The position numbers and the translations under genes are program-made. A model generated the notes under the pieces. It saw nothing but the letters and a program-made list of their open reading frames with translations. It was not told the DNA's origin and searched no databases. Positions 47,250 through 57,356 of a stretch of DNA of 64,000 bases are shown here, in pieces (within the stretch, counting starts at the first letter, position 1; each line of letters opens with the position of its first letter). Source of the DNA: an uncultured bacterium (GTDB taxonomy: Bacteria; Hydrothermota; UBA3073; NMUJ01; CBEVQO01); assembly GCA_965552055.1 (NCBI GenBank), contig CBEVQO010000008.1, positions 32,915-96,914 on the forward strand, in the 5' to 3' direction.

Positions 47250-49738
47250 TCGGGTTTAGCTTCATATAAATTTTTGCCCACCCCTATATCCACTTTAACG
47301 GGCACCTTTAAAGGAAGAGCATTTTCCATTTCATACCTTATAATTTCTTTAACTTTATCTACTTCTTCGTCAGGTACTTCAAAAACAAGTTCATCATGAA
47401 TTTGCAAAATTATTTTGGATTTAGGTGATTCCTTTTCGAACCTTTTATCTATATTTATCATCGCTATTTTTATCATATCGGCTGCTGTGCCCTGTATTGG
47501 CATATTGATCGCCACTCTTTCTTCAAATTGCCTCACTCTTGCATTTTTACTGTTTATACCCTCAACATATCTACGCCTGCCGAGTAATGTCCTGACATAA
47601 CCATTCTGGCGTGCAAAAGAAAGCGTATTTTCAATCCATTTTTTAACACCCGGATATGTTTCAAAATATTTCGTTATAAACTTATGGGCATCATGGACAT
47701 CTATTCCGAGTTCCTGTGATAATCCATAAGCGCTCATCCCATAAACAATCCCAAAATTGACAACTTTGGCTTTGCGACGATGGTCATGGGTTACTTCTTC
47801 GGGTTTTATACCAAAAATAGCACATGCAGTTTTTGTGTGTATATCTTCGCCTCGCTCAAATGCTTTTCGCAAATTTTCATCACCGGATACCGATGCAAGT
47901 ATTCGTAATTCAATTTGAGAATAGTCAGCAGATATAAGAGAATAGCCTTCTGGTGCTATAAACCCCTTTTTTATCTCCAAATGAGGCAATGTTTGAAGAT
48001 TTGGATTACTTGCCGATAATCTTCCTGTTGCAGTAACCGTTTGATTCCATGTGGCATGCACCCTGCCTGTGCGCGGATTACGCAAATTCAACATAACATC
48101 AACATAAGTGGATTTAAGTTTAAATAACTCTCTATATTCAAGTAACTTGCGGGGCAAAGGATGTATCTCTGCCAGCTTCTCAAGCACCTCTTGGTCTGTC
48201 GAATACCCTGTTTTTGTCTTTTTAATTGGTTTCAACTTCAACCTGTTAAATAAAACATTACTCAATTGAGATGGAGAATTTATGTTAAACCTCACACCCG
48301 CCATTTTATAAATCTCTTCTTCTATTTCTCTCAATTTTTGGATTATTTTCCTCTGCTCCTCTTTGAAAAATTCAACATCGATCAAAATCCCTGTTTTCTC
48401 CATCTTCGCAAGTACTTTCGTTAAAGGCAATTCAACTTCGTAATATAATTTTAGTAATTCCTTTTCTTTTAATTCATTTTCAAGTGGTTCTCGCAATCTC
48501 CAGCCTGCATAAGCTCTTTCTGCAAGGCATTCGTAAAAATCATCTTTGCCAATTTTACGCAAAGGCAATTTCAAAAATTCAAGAGAAATCCAGTCAAATG
48601 ATAGCTCTCTTATGCCGGGTTTTAAAAGATAAGCAGCAACTTCAAGGTCAAAAATCTTTCCTTTAACATTAAATTCTTTATGTAAAGGTTTCGCAGACAA
48701 AACAATTTTCTCAACTTTTTCATTCTCAATAACCGAATGTAAATTTTTAAAATTGCCCTGAATAACATAAACATCTTTATCAGAGATAGCAACAGAATAA
48801 TATTTATCATCGTAAACAAAAACGGAAATCTTATCCTTAATCTTCGGAATAATTTCCGAAACATTCTGTAATTTCTTAAATTTTATTTCTTCTTTCAAAC
48901 CCATTCTCTCAATTATCGAGAAAAATTCAAGGTCTTTAAAAATTTCGATTAGGCGCTGGAAATTTGGCTTGCCTATTTTGAATTCTTCAGGTTTAAATTC
49001 AACAGGTACATCTGTCCGCAATTTAACAAGTTCACGGGATTTCAGGCATCTCTCTTTATTTCGCATCAATGCCATTTTTATACTTTCGGGATACACTTTA
49101 TGGATATTCTGATAGATGTTATCTATATTTCCGAATTCTTCCAGTAACTTTTTTGCTGTTTTCTCGCCAATGCCGGGAATGCCAGGCACATTATCAATCT
49201 GGTCACCGCATAATGCAAGGAAATCAGCGATTTGATGTGATTTCACACCCAAACGCTTCTCAGGAGTATCCCACTCAAAGGTTCTCGGATTTAAAATCCT
49301 TATTTTATCATCAACAAGTTGAAGAAAATCCTTATCACCTGCAAAAATAACTACTTTGAAACCATTTTCTTTTGCCTTTATAGCAAGAGTGCTTATAACA
49401 TCGTCTGCTTCAAAACCTTCTACTTCTACAATTTTTATGCCAAGATTTTTCAAAATCTCTTTTATCTTTGGGATTTGTGGTTTTAGTTCATCTGGTGCTT
49501 TTGGGCGTTTTGCTTTGTATTCTGCAAAAAGGTGATGACGGAAAGTGGGCTTCGGTAGGTCAAATGCAACGCATAAATATTCTGGGCGATATTCTTTTAA
49601 CAGTTTAAGAATCGTGTTTGTAAAACCATAAACAGCGCTTGTATTTTCGCCCTTTGAATTTATTAAAGGATTTCTTATAAAAGCAAAAAATGTTCTGTAA
49701 GCAAGTGAAGAACCGTCGACTAAATAAATTTCCTTCAA
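47246..49738 (-). CDS. polA: DNA polymerase I (3'-5' exonuclease domain appears vestigial)
   Basis: LVDGSS, EADDVI, GIGEKTA, ADYSQIELR, KVVNFGIVYG, QIHDEL. Confidence 0.97.
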   Translation of the reverse strand: MKEIYLVDGSSLAYRTFFAFIRNPLINSKGENTSAVYGFTNTILKLLKEYRPEYLCVAFDLPKPTFRHHLFAEYKAKRPKAPDELKPQIPKIKEILKNLGIKIVEVEGFEADDVISTLAIKAKENGFKVVIFAGDKDFLQLVDDKIRILNPRTFEWDTPEKRLGVKSHQIADFLALCGDQIDNVPGIPGIGEKTAKKLLEEFGNIDNIYQNIHKVYPESIKMALMRNKERCLKSRELVKLRTDVPVEFKPEEFKIGKPNFQRLIEIFKDLEFFSIIERMGLKEEIKFKKLQNVSEIIPKIKDKISVFVYDDKYYSVAISDKDVYVIQGNFKNLHSVIENEKVEKIVLSAKPLHKEFNVKGKIFDLEVAAYLLKPGIRELSFDWISLEFLKLPLRKIGKDDFYECLAERAYAGWRLREPLENELKEKELLKLYYEVELPLTKVLAKMEKTGILIDVEFFKEEQRKIIQKLREIEEEIYKMAGVRFNINSPSQLSNVLFNRLKLKPIKKTKTGYSTDQEVLEKLAEIHPLPRKLLEYRELFKLKSTYVDVMLNLRNPRTGRVHATWNQTVTATGRLSASNPNLQTLPHLEIKKGFIAPEGYSLISADYSQIELRILASVSGDENLRKAFERGEDIHTKTACAIFGIKPEEVTHDHRRKAKVVNFGIVYGMSAYGLSQELGIDVHDAHKFITKYFETYPGVKKWIENTLSFARQNGYVRTLLGRRRYVEGINSKNARVRQFEERVAINMPIQGTAADMIKIAMINIDKRFEKESPKSKIILQIHDELVFEVPDEEVDKVKEIIRYEMENALPLKVPVKVDIGVGKNLYEAKPD

Positions 49739-49745
49739 CTTATTA

Positions 49746-50978
49746 TTAATGCTTGCCTATTATTACGATTTCAGCGGGATCAGACCAATCCGAACTCGCT
49801 TCGTACTTATCTTTCGCCTGCGCCTGTATCATAAAACTACCGGAACTCGTATAAATGTGACTCATATAAACTGTATCACCACTCGCTATCCATTTACTCC
49901 AGTTAGAAGTATTCCCGTCTCCCCAAGAAAATCTTATACTTATGCTATCACCGTTTGGATCTACTGTCGTCGTCCAGAATGTTACTTCCACATTAATTTG
50001 CGCTGTATCTGGACCTACAGGCTTCTGTGGCATCTCTGGTGCATAATTCACTTCTATTAAAATCGAAGCAGATTGAGACCATTCACCTTCTAAGCCATAA
50101 TGGTCTTTTGCTTTAACTTTCACATAATAAACACCTGATTTCGAAAAACTATGTAATACCGAAACTGTATCACCACTTTCTACCCAGTTCGACCAGACAC
50201 TATGTCCATCTCCGAAATCAAAAAGTAGTTTTACGAAATTATTTTCCGGATCTTCGGCAGATGATTTTATTTCAACTATCTCATTTACCTTGGCTTTTGA
50301 TGGCAAAATAGGCTTCATTGGTTTTTCGGGTGGATATTCAATTAATATCTCACAGGGGTCTGACCATTCTGACATCTCACCTGCAGGGTCTCTGGCTTGG
50401 GCTCTCACTTCAAATTCACCTGCGATTTCATATTTATGACTCATAGAAATCAGCGACCCGGAAGGATAAAAACTGCTCCATAAAGATGTATCCCCGTCCC
50501 CCCAATCAAATCGCACACAAACACTATCTCTATCAGGGTCACTAACATAAGTTGAGAATGTAACAAATGAACCCACAGCATAGACACTATCTGAACTTAC
50601 AGGTTTGTCAGGAGGATATGGAGAAGTATTTGGTTGCACCCTTATTTTTGTGCTGTCTGACCAGGCTGACTCTTTACCATATATATCCTTTGCCTGTGCT
50701 CTCAGATAAAATATTCCAGTGTCTTTATAAATGTGACTGAAAGTTATATGAGTATCGCTTGCAAAGTAAGAGCTCCAGTCCGATATGCTTCCATCACCCC
50801 ATGATACCCTTGCACAAACCATATCACCATCAGGGTCAGAAACATAAACCTCAAAAAGAGCTTCCTTTGCTATCTGTATTTTATCAGTTAAAGGAACAGG
50901 AGCAGATGGCTCTGGAGGATTATTCTTTCTGCAATTTAAAATCAAAGTTACAATTAAAAACAACGCTTTCTTTTTCAT
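49746..50978 (-). CDS. Lipoprotein with 4 PKD-like domains
   Basis: LILNC; repeated DPDGD...WGDG...W.S...SH.Y...G.....A.AKD..G..S.WS. Confidence 0.8.
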   Translation of the reverse strand: MKKKALFLIVTLILNCRKNNPPEPSAPVPLTDKIQIAKEALFEVYVSDPDGDMVCARVSWGDGSISDWSSYFASDTHITFSHIYKDTGIFYLRAQAKDIYGKESAWSDSTKIRVQPNTSPYPPDKPVSSDSVYAVGSFVTFSTYVSDPDRDSVCVRFDWGDGDTSLWSSFYPSGSLISMSHKYEIAGEFEVRAQARDPAGEMSEWSDPCEILIEYPPEKPMKPILPSKAKVNEIVEIKSSAEDPENNFVKLLFDFGDGHSVWSNWVESGDTVSVLHSFSKSGVYYVKVKAKDHYGLEGEWSQSASILIEVNYAPEMPQKPVGPDTAQINVEVTFWTTTVDPNGDSISIRFSWGDGNTSNWSKWIASGDTVYMSHIYTSSGSFMIQAQAKDKYEASSDWSDPAEIVIIGKH

Positions 50979-51913
50979 TTGATAATTATCTTACAAGAGC
51001 CAGACCACTCTGATTTTGCATTAAATTCATCTTTTGCCTGCGCGCGAATATAAAAAGTACCTGCCTCTTTATAAGTATAAGAAACATAAATAATTTCACC
51101 ACTTTCAACAAAATCAGACCAATTAGAAGTATCACCGTTTCCAAAGTCGAACCTTATGCTAACAGGATTGCCATCGGGGTCAGTTGTGGAAGAAGAGATC
51201 ACAATACTTTCACCAATATAAGCACTATCAGGTGCAGAGGGTGTTTCAGGTATTTTCGGCTCCCTATTTACTATTATTTTACGAAAACCTGACCACCCTG
51301 ATTCAAATCCCCATATATCGGATGCTTTTGCCCTTATGTAATATACGCCAGGTTCATTATAAACATGATAAAGAGTCACCAATTCACCACTTTCAACGAA
51401 ATCAGACCAATCAGAAGTATCTCCGTCATCCCACAATATTTTTATGGCTACCTTATCGCCATCGGGGTCTAGCGCCCTTGTTGTTGCTTCCAATCTATCT
51501 CCCGGATTAACCATATCCTGCGCATAAGGTGTCTCAGGAATAGAAGGAGAACGATTTACCCTTATTTCTTCCTGACACCTGTCTTTATAACCATATTCAT
51601 CTTTTGCCTCTATTGTTATTTCATAAATCCCTGCAGTAAAATACTTATAGTAAAATTTTAAAGTTTCACCCGAAGGATTATAGGATGTCCATTCATTACA
51701 ATTTCCATCACCCCAGTCTATTTTAACACTAATACTATCTGTATCGGGGTCAGTAACATAAACCTTTAAAGTAAATAGCTCACCTATACCAACCACATCT
51801 TGCGATAGCTTTGAAGAAATTAAAGGACTATTATTGGCCTTCCAGTCATAATCATCAGTATGATGGCAGCTTACCAAAAATACAAAGAAAATTATGAGAA
51901 ATTTCTTCCTCAT
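50975..51913 (-). CDS. Lipoprotein with 3 PKD-like domains
   Basis: LVSC; same repeat as the adjacent gene. Confidence 0.8.
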   Translation of the reverse strand: MRKKFLIIFFVFLVSCHHTDDYDWKANNSPLISSKLSQDVVGIGELFTLKVYVTDPDTDSISVKIDWGDGNCNEWTSYNPSGETLKFYYKYFTAGIYEITIEAKDEYGYKDRCQEEIRVNRSPSIPETPYAQDMVNPGDRLEATTRALDPDGDKVAIKILWDDGDTSDWSDFVESGELVTLYHVYNEPGVYYIRAKASDIWGFESGWSGFRKIIVNREPKIPETPSAPDSAYIGESIVISSSTTDPDGNPVSIRFDFGNGDTSNWSDFVESGEIIYVSYTYKEAGTFYIRAQAKDEFNAKSEWSGSCKIIIK

Positions 51914-51917
51914 AAAA

Positions 51918-52115
51918 TTAACGCTTCAATTCCTTGATTATCATCTCTGTGCGAATGTCCACAAGTTCTATTAATTTCTTTATCATATCTTGATTCTGCT
52001 TTATCAATTCCTGATTTTGCCTTATATATTTTCCGTTTTGTATCAAAAGCTTTGTTAGTATCACAGACAGGAACGCACCTATCACCGTCCATATTATCTG
52101 GAAAATAATCTGCAT
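51918..52115 (-). CDS. Small single-TM coiled-coil protein
   Basis: SD GAGGGGG; TTGACA-16-TAAAAT upstream. Confidence 0.55.
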   Translation of the reverse strand: MQIIFQIIWTVIGAFLSVILTKLLIQNGKYIRQNQELIKQNQDMIKKLIELVDIRTEMIIKELKR

Positions 52116-52145
52116 CTTGCCCCCTCTTATTTTAACCCATTATCC

Positions 52146-53066
52146 TTATTTGTCAACCTTTTTCTGCATCTCCAGCATCGTCAAAAATGCCTCTATTCGC
52201 GTGCGTAAACCTACTTCGCTCGCATGCTCATCCACAACAACAGGTAAATACGAAACCTTTGATTTCTTTGCTTTGCTCTCTATCAACTGGCTCACCATAG
52301 CATCAGGACCACATTGAAAAGATACTACATAAATCATACCCTGATACTTATCTTCTCTGTCAAGAAAATAATAAGCAGCCCCCAAATTTCTCTCTGCCAT
52401 AGAGTAATAAACGCGCTTATAAACATCACGCGCTTTATACAAACAAAGCTCATAAGGCACATTGTCGGATGTGTGCACCTCTACATCATGCTCCCCCAGT
52501 ATCTCAAACAACTTTAGATTAACATATTTATCATAGACTATGTAAGAACGGGCTACCACTCCTATTCTCAACTTTTTGCCATCAACAAGTTTCGACTTTA
52601 ATCTTTTTTCTTTAAACTTCTTATATTCTTCCATCGCAATCTTTATCGCCTTCTTAATTTTTTTCTTCCCTTTCCCAAGCATTTTACCGAGTTCATAAAG
52701 CCCTGCTTCAAAAGGTTTTTCGCGCACATGAAAAGTAGGTGACAGAATTTGCGGCAAATTATCAAATACCGCTCTTATATAATCAGGAAAGGCAATAAAT
52801 TTGGGACACATCCATTGATATTTGGCAATACTGCGCATGTAAGGAAGCAAAATTGCATCACATTTATCTTTCAACATATAAATATGTCCATAAGCAACTT
52901 TTACAGGATAACAGGTATCCGAATGTGCATATTTCACACCTATCCTTACAATTTCTTTATTTGTTTCGGGTGATAAAACTACATCCTCTCCGAGTTCTCG
53001 CAAAAATACTTCAAAAAGATATCCCCATTCATGATAAAAAAGTGCTCGCGGAAGACCTATCCTCAC
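52146..53066 (-). CDS. Acyl-CoA dehydratase activase-related protein (DUF2229-like)
   Basis: RIGLPRAL, DTCYPVKVAYGH, CPKF...PD, SFQCGPD, DEH....G..TR.EAF. Confidence 0.85.
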   Translation of the reverse strand: MRIGLPRALFYHEWGYLFEVFLRELGEDVVLSPETNKEIVRIGVKYAHSDTCYPVKVAYGHIYMLKDKCDAILLPYMRSIAKYQWMCPKFIAFPDYIRAVFDNLPQILSPTFHVREKPFEAGLYELGKMLGKGKKKIKKAIKIAMEEYKKFKEKRLKSKLVDGKKLRIGVVARSYIVYDKYVNLKLFEILGEHDVEVHTSDNVPYELCLYKARDVYKRVYYSMAERNLGAAYYFLDREDKYQGMIYVVSFQCGPDAMVSQLIESKAKKSKVSYLPVVVDEHASEVGLRTRIEAFLTMLEMQKKVDK

Positions 53067-55600
53067 CTTTTAATTCTCCTGTAATTATGCAAAACCTCTT
53101 TATTTACCTCAAGCAACATTTTTTCTTCCAGCAATTCTTTAATCTCCGGAATATCACACTTCACAATAGCATTAACACATTGCGACTTTATTATGGAACT
53201 TACATCACTTTCAAGCAATTTAAACAAATATTTACAAAGTAACCTTTGATTGTCAACCGAAACAGAATCCATTAACTTTCCGCAAATCCTCACAAGATGA
53301 AAAATCTTTCTTTCATCTTCTTCTTTCTTCAATCTATCTACAACTTCTTTAACCGCATCATCTTTATATCTTTTAACCGCCTCCTCTACTGCTATCCTCA
53401 CGATCAATTTTTTATCAGATAACATATCGAGAATTTCTGGCAATACTTTTTGCGATTTTATCCTGCCAAGTGCAGAAACAGCTATCGTCCTTATCATATC
53501 ATCTTTATCCCTTAAATACGGCAATATTTCCGAAATAAGTGTGGTATCTCCTATTTTGCCAAGGGCACGAAGCACACCCAAACTCTTTTTCTCTTTCAGA
53601 ATCTCCAAAAGTGGCTTTATCGCCTTTTTAGATTTTATCTCACCGAGCAAATAAACAGCATTTCCTTTTATCCATTTATTTTTCGATGACAGCGCCTTTA
53701 TCAAAGAATCCTCAACCAAATCTGGATTTGCTTTTGCATACTCTTTCAATGCTCTCAATGTTGTCCCCCTTTTTGTTCCCAGTTTTTTCTTGAAAAAAGA
53801 AAGGGCTTCCTCTTTCCTTTCTGCAAGCACTTTGCGTGCTAAACGCACTTCTTCCCTCTGCTCCTCAACCCCCCATTTACACGCTATCCTTATCAATTTT
53901 TCAATCGGCATTTTCTCAAAATCTTCTTTCTTTATTTTTTTCTTCTTTTTCTTTATCAAATTTGTATCAAGACCAGCACCTAATGTCCCCTGCACCCATC
54001 TTATATCATCATCTCCTTTGGAATACTTATCCTTGCCACCCAAATCAATAAAAAGAGCAATCCCTCCAAAATCCCTATCTGCACGGGAAAAACCTGTTGC
54101 TCCTTTTTCAACATTCAAATAATAATCTTTGCCCTCTCTATCATACAAAAGACCAAAAGAATTAGCAAGAGACATGCCCTGTCCACCACTAACATAATAG
54201 AAATCATCACCGGATAAATCCATCAATATTCCACACGACAAATCATGACCCTCACCCTGTGAAGGTCCGAATTTTGAAAAATAAACATCATTGCCCGAAG
54301 AATCCACAAGAATACCGCATGATAAATGAATGCCCGCGCCCTGAGCGTATTCAATTGCATTGTAAAAATCAGAACCTCCACCGTCATAAAGGATACCAAG
54401 AGAATACCAGTAAGATGAACCCTGAGCATAAACTTCTGCATTGTAAAAATCATTGCCTTCGAAGTCAAAAAGAATACCTACCCCACCACCGGCATCAGGT
54501 CTTATACCCAGCCCAAATCCCTGTGCAAAGGAGAAATAGTTTTTGGGTAAAAGGGGGGATGCTCTTTGCCTTCCTCCAGCATAGTAAACATCTATCCCTT
54601 TAAAATCACAAAGTAAACCTGCTCCCCATGTGAAACCAAATCCTTCCGAACATTCATTTGCACGATAAACATCATTACCGGAAAAGTCCATAAGCAAACC
54701 CAAACCAAAAGCACCTGCACCAAGAGATAACTGACCTGCACCGTAAAAGTCATTACCAGAAAAATCAAAAAGACCACCAACACCAAAAACACCACAACAA
54801 GATAAAAAAGGCATATCATAAAAATCATCACCACTTAAATCAAAAACAAAAGATATGGAAAAATAACCACGAGAAACAGGAAAACAATACCTGTCATCAC
54901 CACCCAAATCTATAACAAAAGCAAAAGTATCACGATAAACATCAGAACCAAACCCACCTATCGCAAATTTGCCAAATTTTGTATCAAAAATTTTTAACTT
55001 TTCTTTAAAATTTTTAACATCTTCTTCAAAATTTTTAACATTTTCTTTTAAAAATTTAACAAAATCATCAAAAATTTTAATAAGATTTGCACCCGCTATG
55101 AGTATTTTTCTGATATTGACTTTTGATGCATATTTGATAAGGATTGTGTCTTTTTCTTCTTTATCTTTTAAAAAAACTAAATCTGCGAGTATTTCCAATG
55201 ATTCTTTTTCTGAAGGTGTTAATTTTTCGAATGCTTTTTCATACTCTGGATAGATTTTGTTTATTTCCTCTATTAATTTTTTAATATTTTCATCTAAATT
55301 TCCTGCAAATTTTATTTTTCTTTCTGATATTTTGATATCGGGACATAGAATTTTTGCCAGCCATTTATAAGCTTCTACGATTCTCTTTCTGAGTTTTCTT
55401 TTCCCGCTATCTGTCAGTGAAAGCATGAAAAATGGGTCATCAAGTGATTTTGCGACTACAGGAAGCAGAAAAACGGTATCTTTCATCCATTTCCTGTCAT
55501 AAAAAACATCTTCCCTCTCTGCATAAATCACAGAAAATGCTTTATCAAGATATTTTTCAAAAAGAGTATCCCCAAATATCAACATTAAAAATAATGTCAT
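53063..55600 (-). CDS. Exported protein with DxxGxDxY Gly-rich repeats and C-terminal HEAT repeats
   Basis: DLGGDDRY/DFSGNDFY repeats; AVYLLGEIKSKKAI, ALGKIG, ALGRIK. Confidence 0.75.
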   Translation of the reverse strand: MTLFLMLIFGDTLFEKYLDKAFSVIYAEREDVFYDRKWMKDTVFLLPVVAKSLDDPFFMLSLTDSGKRKLRKRIVEAYKWLAKILCPDIKISERKIKFAGNLDENIKKLIEEINKIYPEYEKAFEKLTPSEKESLEILADLVFLKDKEEKDTILIKYASKVNIRKILIAGANLIKIFDDFVKFLKENVKNFEEDVKNFKEKLKIFDTKFGKFAIGGFGSDVYRDTFAFVIDLGGDDRYCFPVSRGYFSISFVFDLSGDDFYDMPFLSCCGVFGVGGLFDFSGNDFYGAGQLSLGAGAFGLGLLMDFSGNDVYRANECSEGFGFTWGAGLLCDFKGIDVYYAGGRQRASPLLPKNYFSFAQGFGLGIRPDAGGGVGILFDFEGNDFYNAEVYAQGSSYWYSLGILYDGGGSDFYNAIEYAQGAGIHLSCGILVDSSGNDVYFSKFGPSQGEGHDLSCGILMDLSGDDFYYVSGGQGMSLANSFGLLYDREGKDYYLNVEKGATGFSRADRDFGGIALFIDLGGKDKYSKGDDDIRWVQGTLGAGLDTNLIKKKKKKIKKEDFEKMPIEKLIRIACKWGVEEQREEVRLARKVLAERKEEALSFFKKKLGTKRGTTLRALKEYAKANPDLVEDSLIKALSSKNKWIKGNAVYLLGEIKSKKAIKPLLEILKEKKSLGVLRALGKIGDTTLISEILPYLRDKDDMIRTIAVSALGRIKSQKVLPEILDMLSDKKLIVRIAVEEAVKRYKDDAVKEVVDRLKKEEDERKIFHLVRICGKLMDSVSVDNQRLLCKYLFKLLESDVSSIIKSQCVNAIVKCDIPEIKELLEEKMLLEVNKEVLHNYRRIKR

Positions 55601-55609
55601 TTTTTAGAT

Positions 55610-55678
55610 TTTAAACCAATTCGGCGATTGTCAACTTTAATTTTTAATTGACAGATAAAAACACTATTTAAAATTTTT
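55610..55678 (+). repeat. Direct repeat, left copy (divergent promoter pair)
   Basis: TTTAAACCAATTCGGCGATTGTCAAC...AATTGACAG...AAAATTTT, also at 56473-56540. Confidence 0.9.
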
Positions 55679-55743
55679 AAAATAAATAAAAATTTTTTGT
55701 TGACAACTCTGATATTTCTCTATAATTTAAAAAAGGGGGGAGT

Positions 55744-56469
55744 ATGAAAAGGTTAATTTGGCTTTGTCTTATTGCAATTGTGGGATGCAGGAAAGGCGAA
55801 ATTGTTCTGGAAGAAGGCTACTTCACAGTAGGCTCAAACAGCACAATGTATTACTGCTTCAAACTAACTAAAGGCACAAAAATCGATGTAGATTTTAGAG
55901 TAACAGCGGGGGACAGCGTAGATGTTTTGCTCTTAAATAAATCGGGTTTCAAAGAGTATCTCGAAATGTTTGAACCTCCTGATACCGTTGATACTAATAT
56001 TTACAAAGAGGAAAACATCACAATAATACCCTACCAGGTTAAAGAAAGTTCTACCCCTGAAGTGGATTCAGGAATTGCACTTAGTTTCATTTTCTTTGCC
56101 TCAGACTCCTGCAAAGTAAAAGTTTATTATACTGTGAATGATAGCATGCTAAACTCATGGTATGATGATACTATTTGTTATAGATGGATAAATCAGAAAA
56201 AGAGTCCCCTAAAAGTGCATATTTACAATGATTCAAAGGATACAATAAATTATAGTTTCTGGCTGAATAAATATCACCTTAATTATAAGCGAAATCAATT
56301 TACTTACGAAGAAGAAGGCACACAATTTAACACTTCTTCTTTCTCTTACGAATTTAAAGCAGCAGAAACGGATTCATTTTATATAGTGATAGATAATCGT
56401 GACATTCCGGTGATTGAGGATGCCATACCAAAGGGCAATGTTACCTACTACATAAAGATTACAAGATAA
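55744..56469 (+). CDS. Lipoprotein, paralog of 60872-61585
   Basis: IVGC lipobox; EGTQF...FSY...YIVIDN...DAIP...IKIT; TTGACA-15-TATAAT at 55700-55726. Confidence 0.75.
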   Translation: MKRLIWLCLIAIVGCRKGEIVLEEGYFTVGSNSTMYYCFKLTKGTKIDVDFRVTAGDSVDVLLLNKSGFKEYLEMFEPPDTVDTNIYKEENITIIPYQVKESSTPEVDSGIALSFIFFASDSCKVKVYYTVNDSMLNSWYDDTICYRWINQKKSPLKVHIYNDSKDTINYSFWLNKYHLNYKRNQFTYEEEGTQFNTSSFSYEFKAAETDSFYIVIDNRDIPVIEDAIPKGNVTYYIKITR

Positions 56470-56472
56470 TCC

Positions 56473-56540
56473 TTTAAACCAATTCGGCGATTGTCAACCT
56501 TAATTTTTAATTGACAGAGATAAAACACCATTAAAATTTT
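56473..56540 (+). repeat. Direct repeat, right copy
   Basis: Matches 55610-55678. Confidence 0.9.
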
Positions 56541-56542
56541 AT

Positions 56543-57076
56543 GTGATCGATAAAGACATTATCCTGCAAAAACTTCAGAATGTAGATAAAAAATTAACAA
56601 AATATAGCAATAAATTAAAAGAGAAATTAAATGTTATCCTAATCGGTGCTTCCTCTTTAATCTTAAAATACAACCTTAAAAGAACAACTTTTGATATAAA
56701 TATGCTGGACAGAGGTGAGTTTAAAATTTATGGCGTTGGAACAGTATTTGAAGAAGAAGGTTTTCATATAGTAAGTGAGGCAATATTAAATTTACATCCA
56801 GATTATGAAGAAAGGTTAGAAAAGGTTTTAGAATTAAAAAATATCAATGTTTATTGCATGAATCCTTATGATATTGCAATATCAAAAATCGCAAGAGGTT
56901 TTCAGAAGGATTTCGACGATATTTTAAAATCCGGCTTGATAAAAGAGATAGATATTGAAAAATTGAAAAAGTTATATTTTGAAGCAATGGATTACTGGAT
57001 TGGAGATGTAAGAAAATTCAAAACAAATTTTGAATTATTTGAAAATGAATATAGAAGAAATAAAGCAAAAAATTAA
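56543..57076 (+). CDS. DUF6036-like nucleotidyltransferase
   Basis: ILIGASSLIL.Y...RTTFDIN; PYDIAISKIARGFQKDFDDI. Confidence 0.75.
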   Translation: MIDKDIILQKLQNVDKKLTKYSNKLKEKLNVILIGASSLILKYNLKRTTFDINMLDRGEFKIYGVGTVFEEEGFHIVSEAILNLHPDYEERLEKVLELKNINVYCMNPYDIAISKIARGFQKDFDDILKSGLIKEIDIEKLKKLYFEAMDYWIGDVRKFKTNFELFENEYRRNKAKN

Positions 57077-57356
57077 AAAATTTTTAGAGATGTTTGATGG
57101 CGAAAGAAGAGAACTTTTCCTGCCTTTTCACATCGTTTTAAATGATATAAAAGAGCACAAATTATACAATTGGAGTTTATTTATTTGTAAATATTTTGTT
57201 GACAACGCACAACTTTTTACAAAAGAAGACGAAGAATTCTGGAAAGTGATAAAATCAAAAGTGAATGGAAAAGAAATAAATGTTAAAGGCGAGTATCCTT
57301 TTAAGTTAAATCCAGCAAATTTTCTTAAAATAATTTATTGCATGAGGGAGAAATGA
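57045..57356 (+). CDS. Hypothetical protein
   Basis: Overlaps the NTase gene and the regulator gene. Confidence 0.55.
   Translation: MNIEEIKQKIKKFLEMFDGERRELFLPFHIVLNDIKEHKLYNWSLFICKYFVDNAQLFTKEDEEFWKVIKSKVNGKEINVKGEYPFKLNPANFLKIIYCMREK

Noticed and set aside
47246..49738. Intein or unusual insertion in polA
   Set aside because: The length (830 aa) and motif order are normal for a Pol I with a reduced proofreading domain
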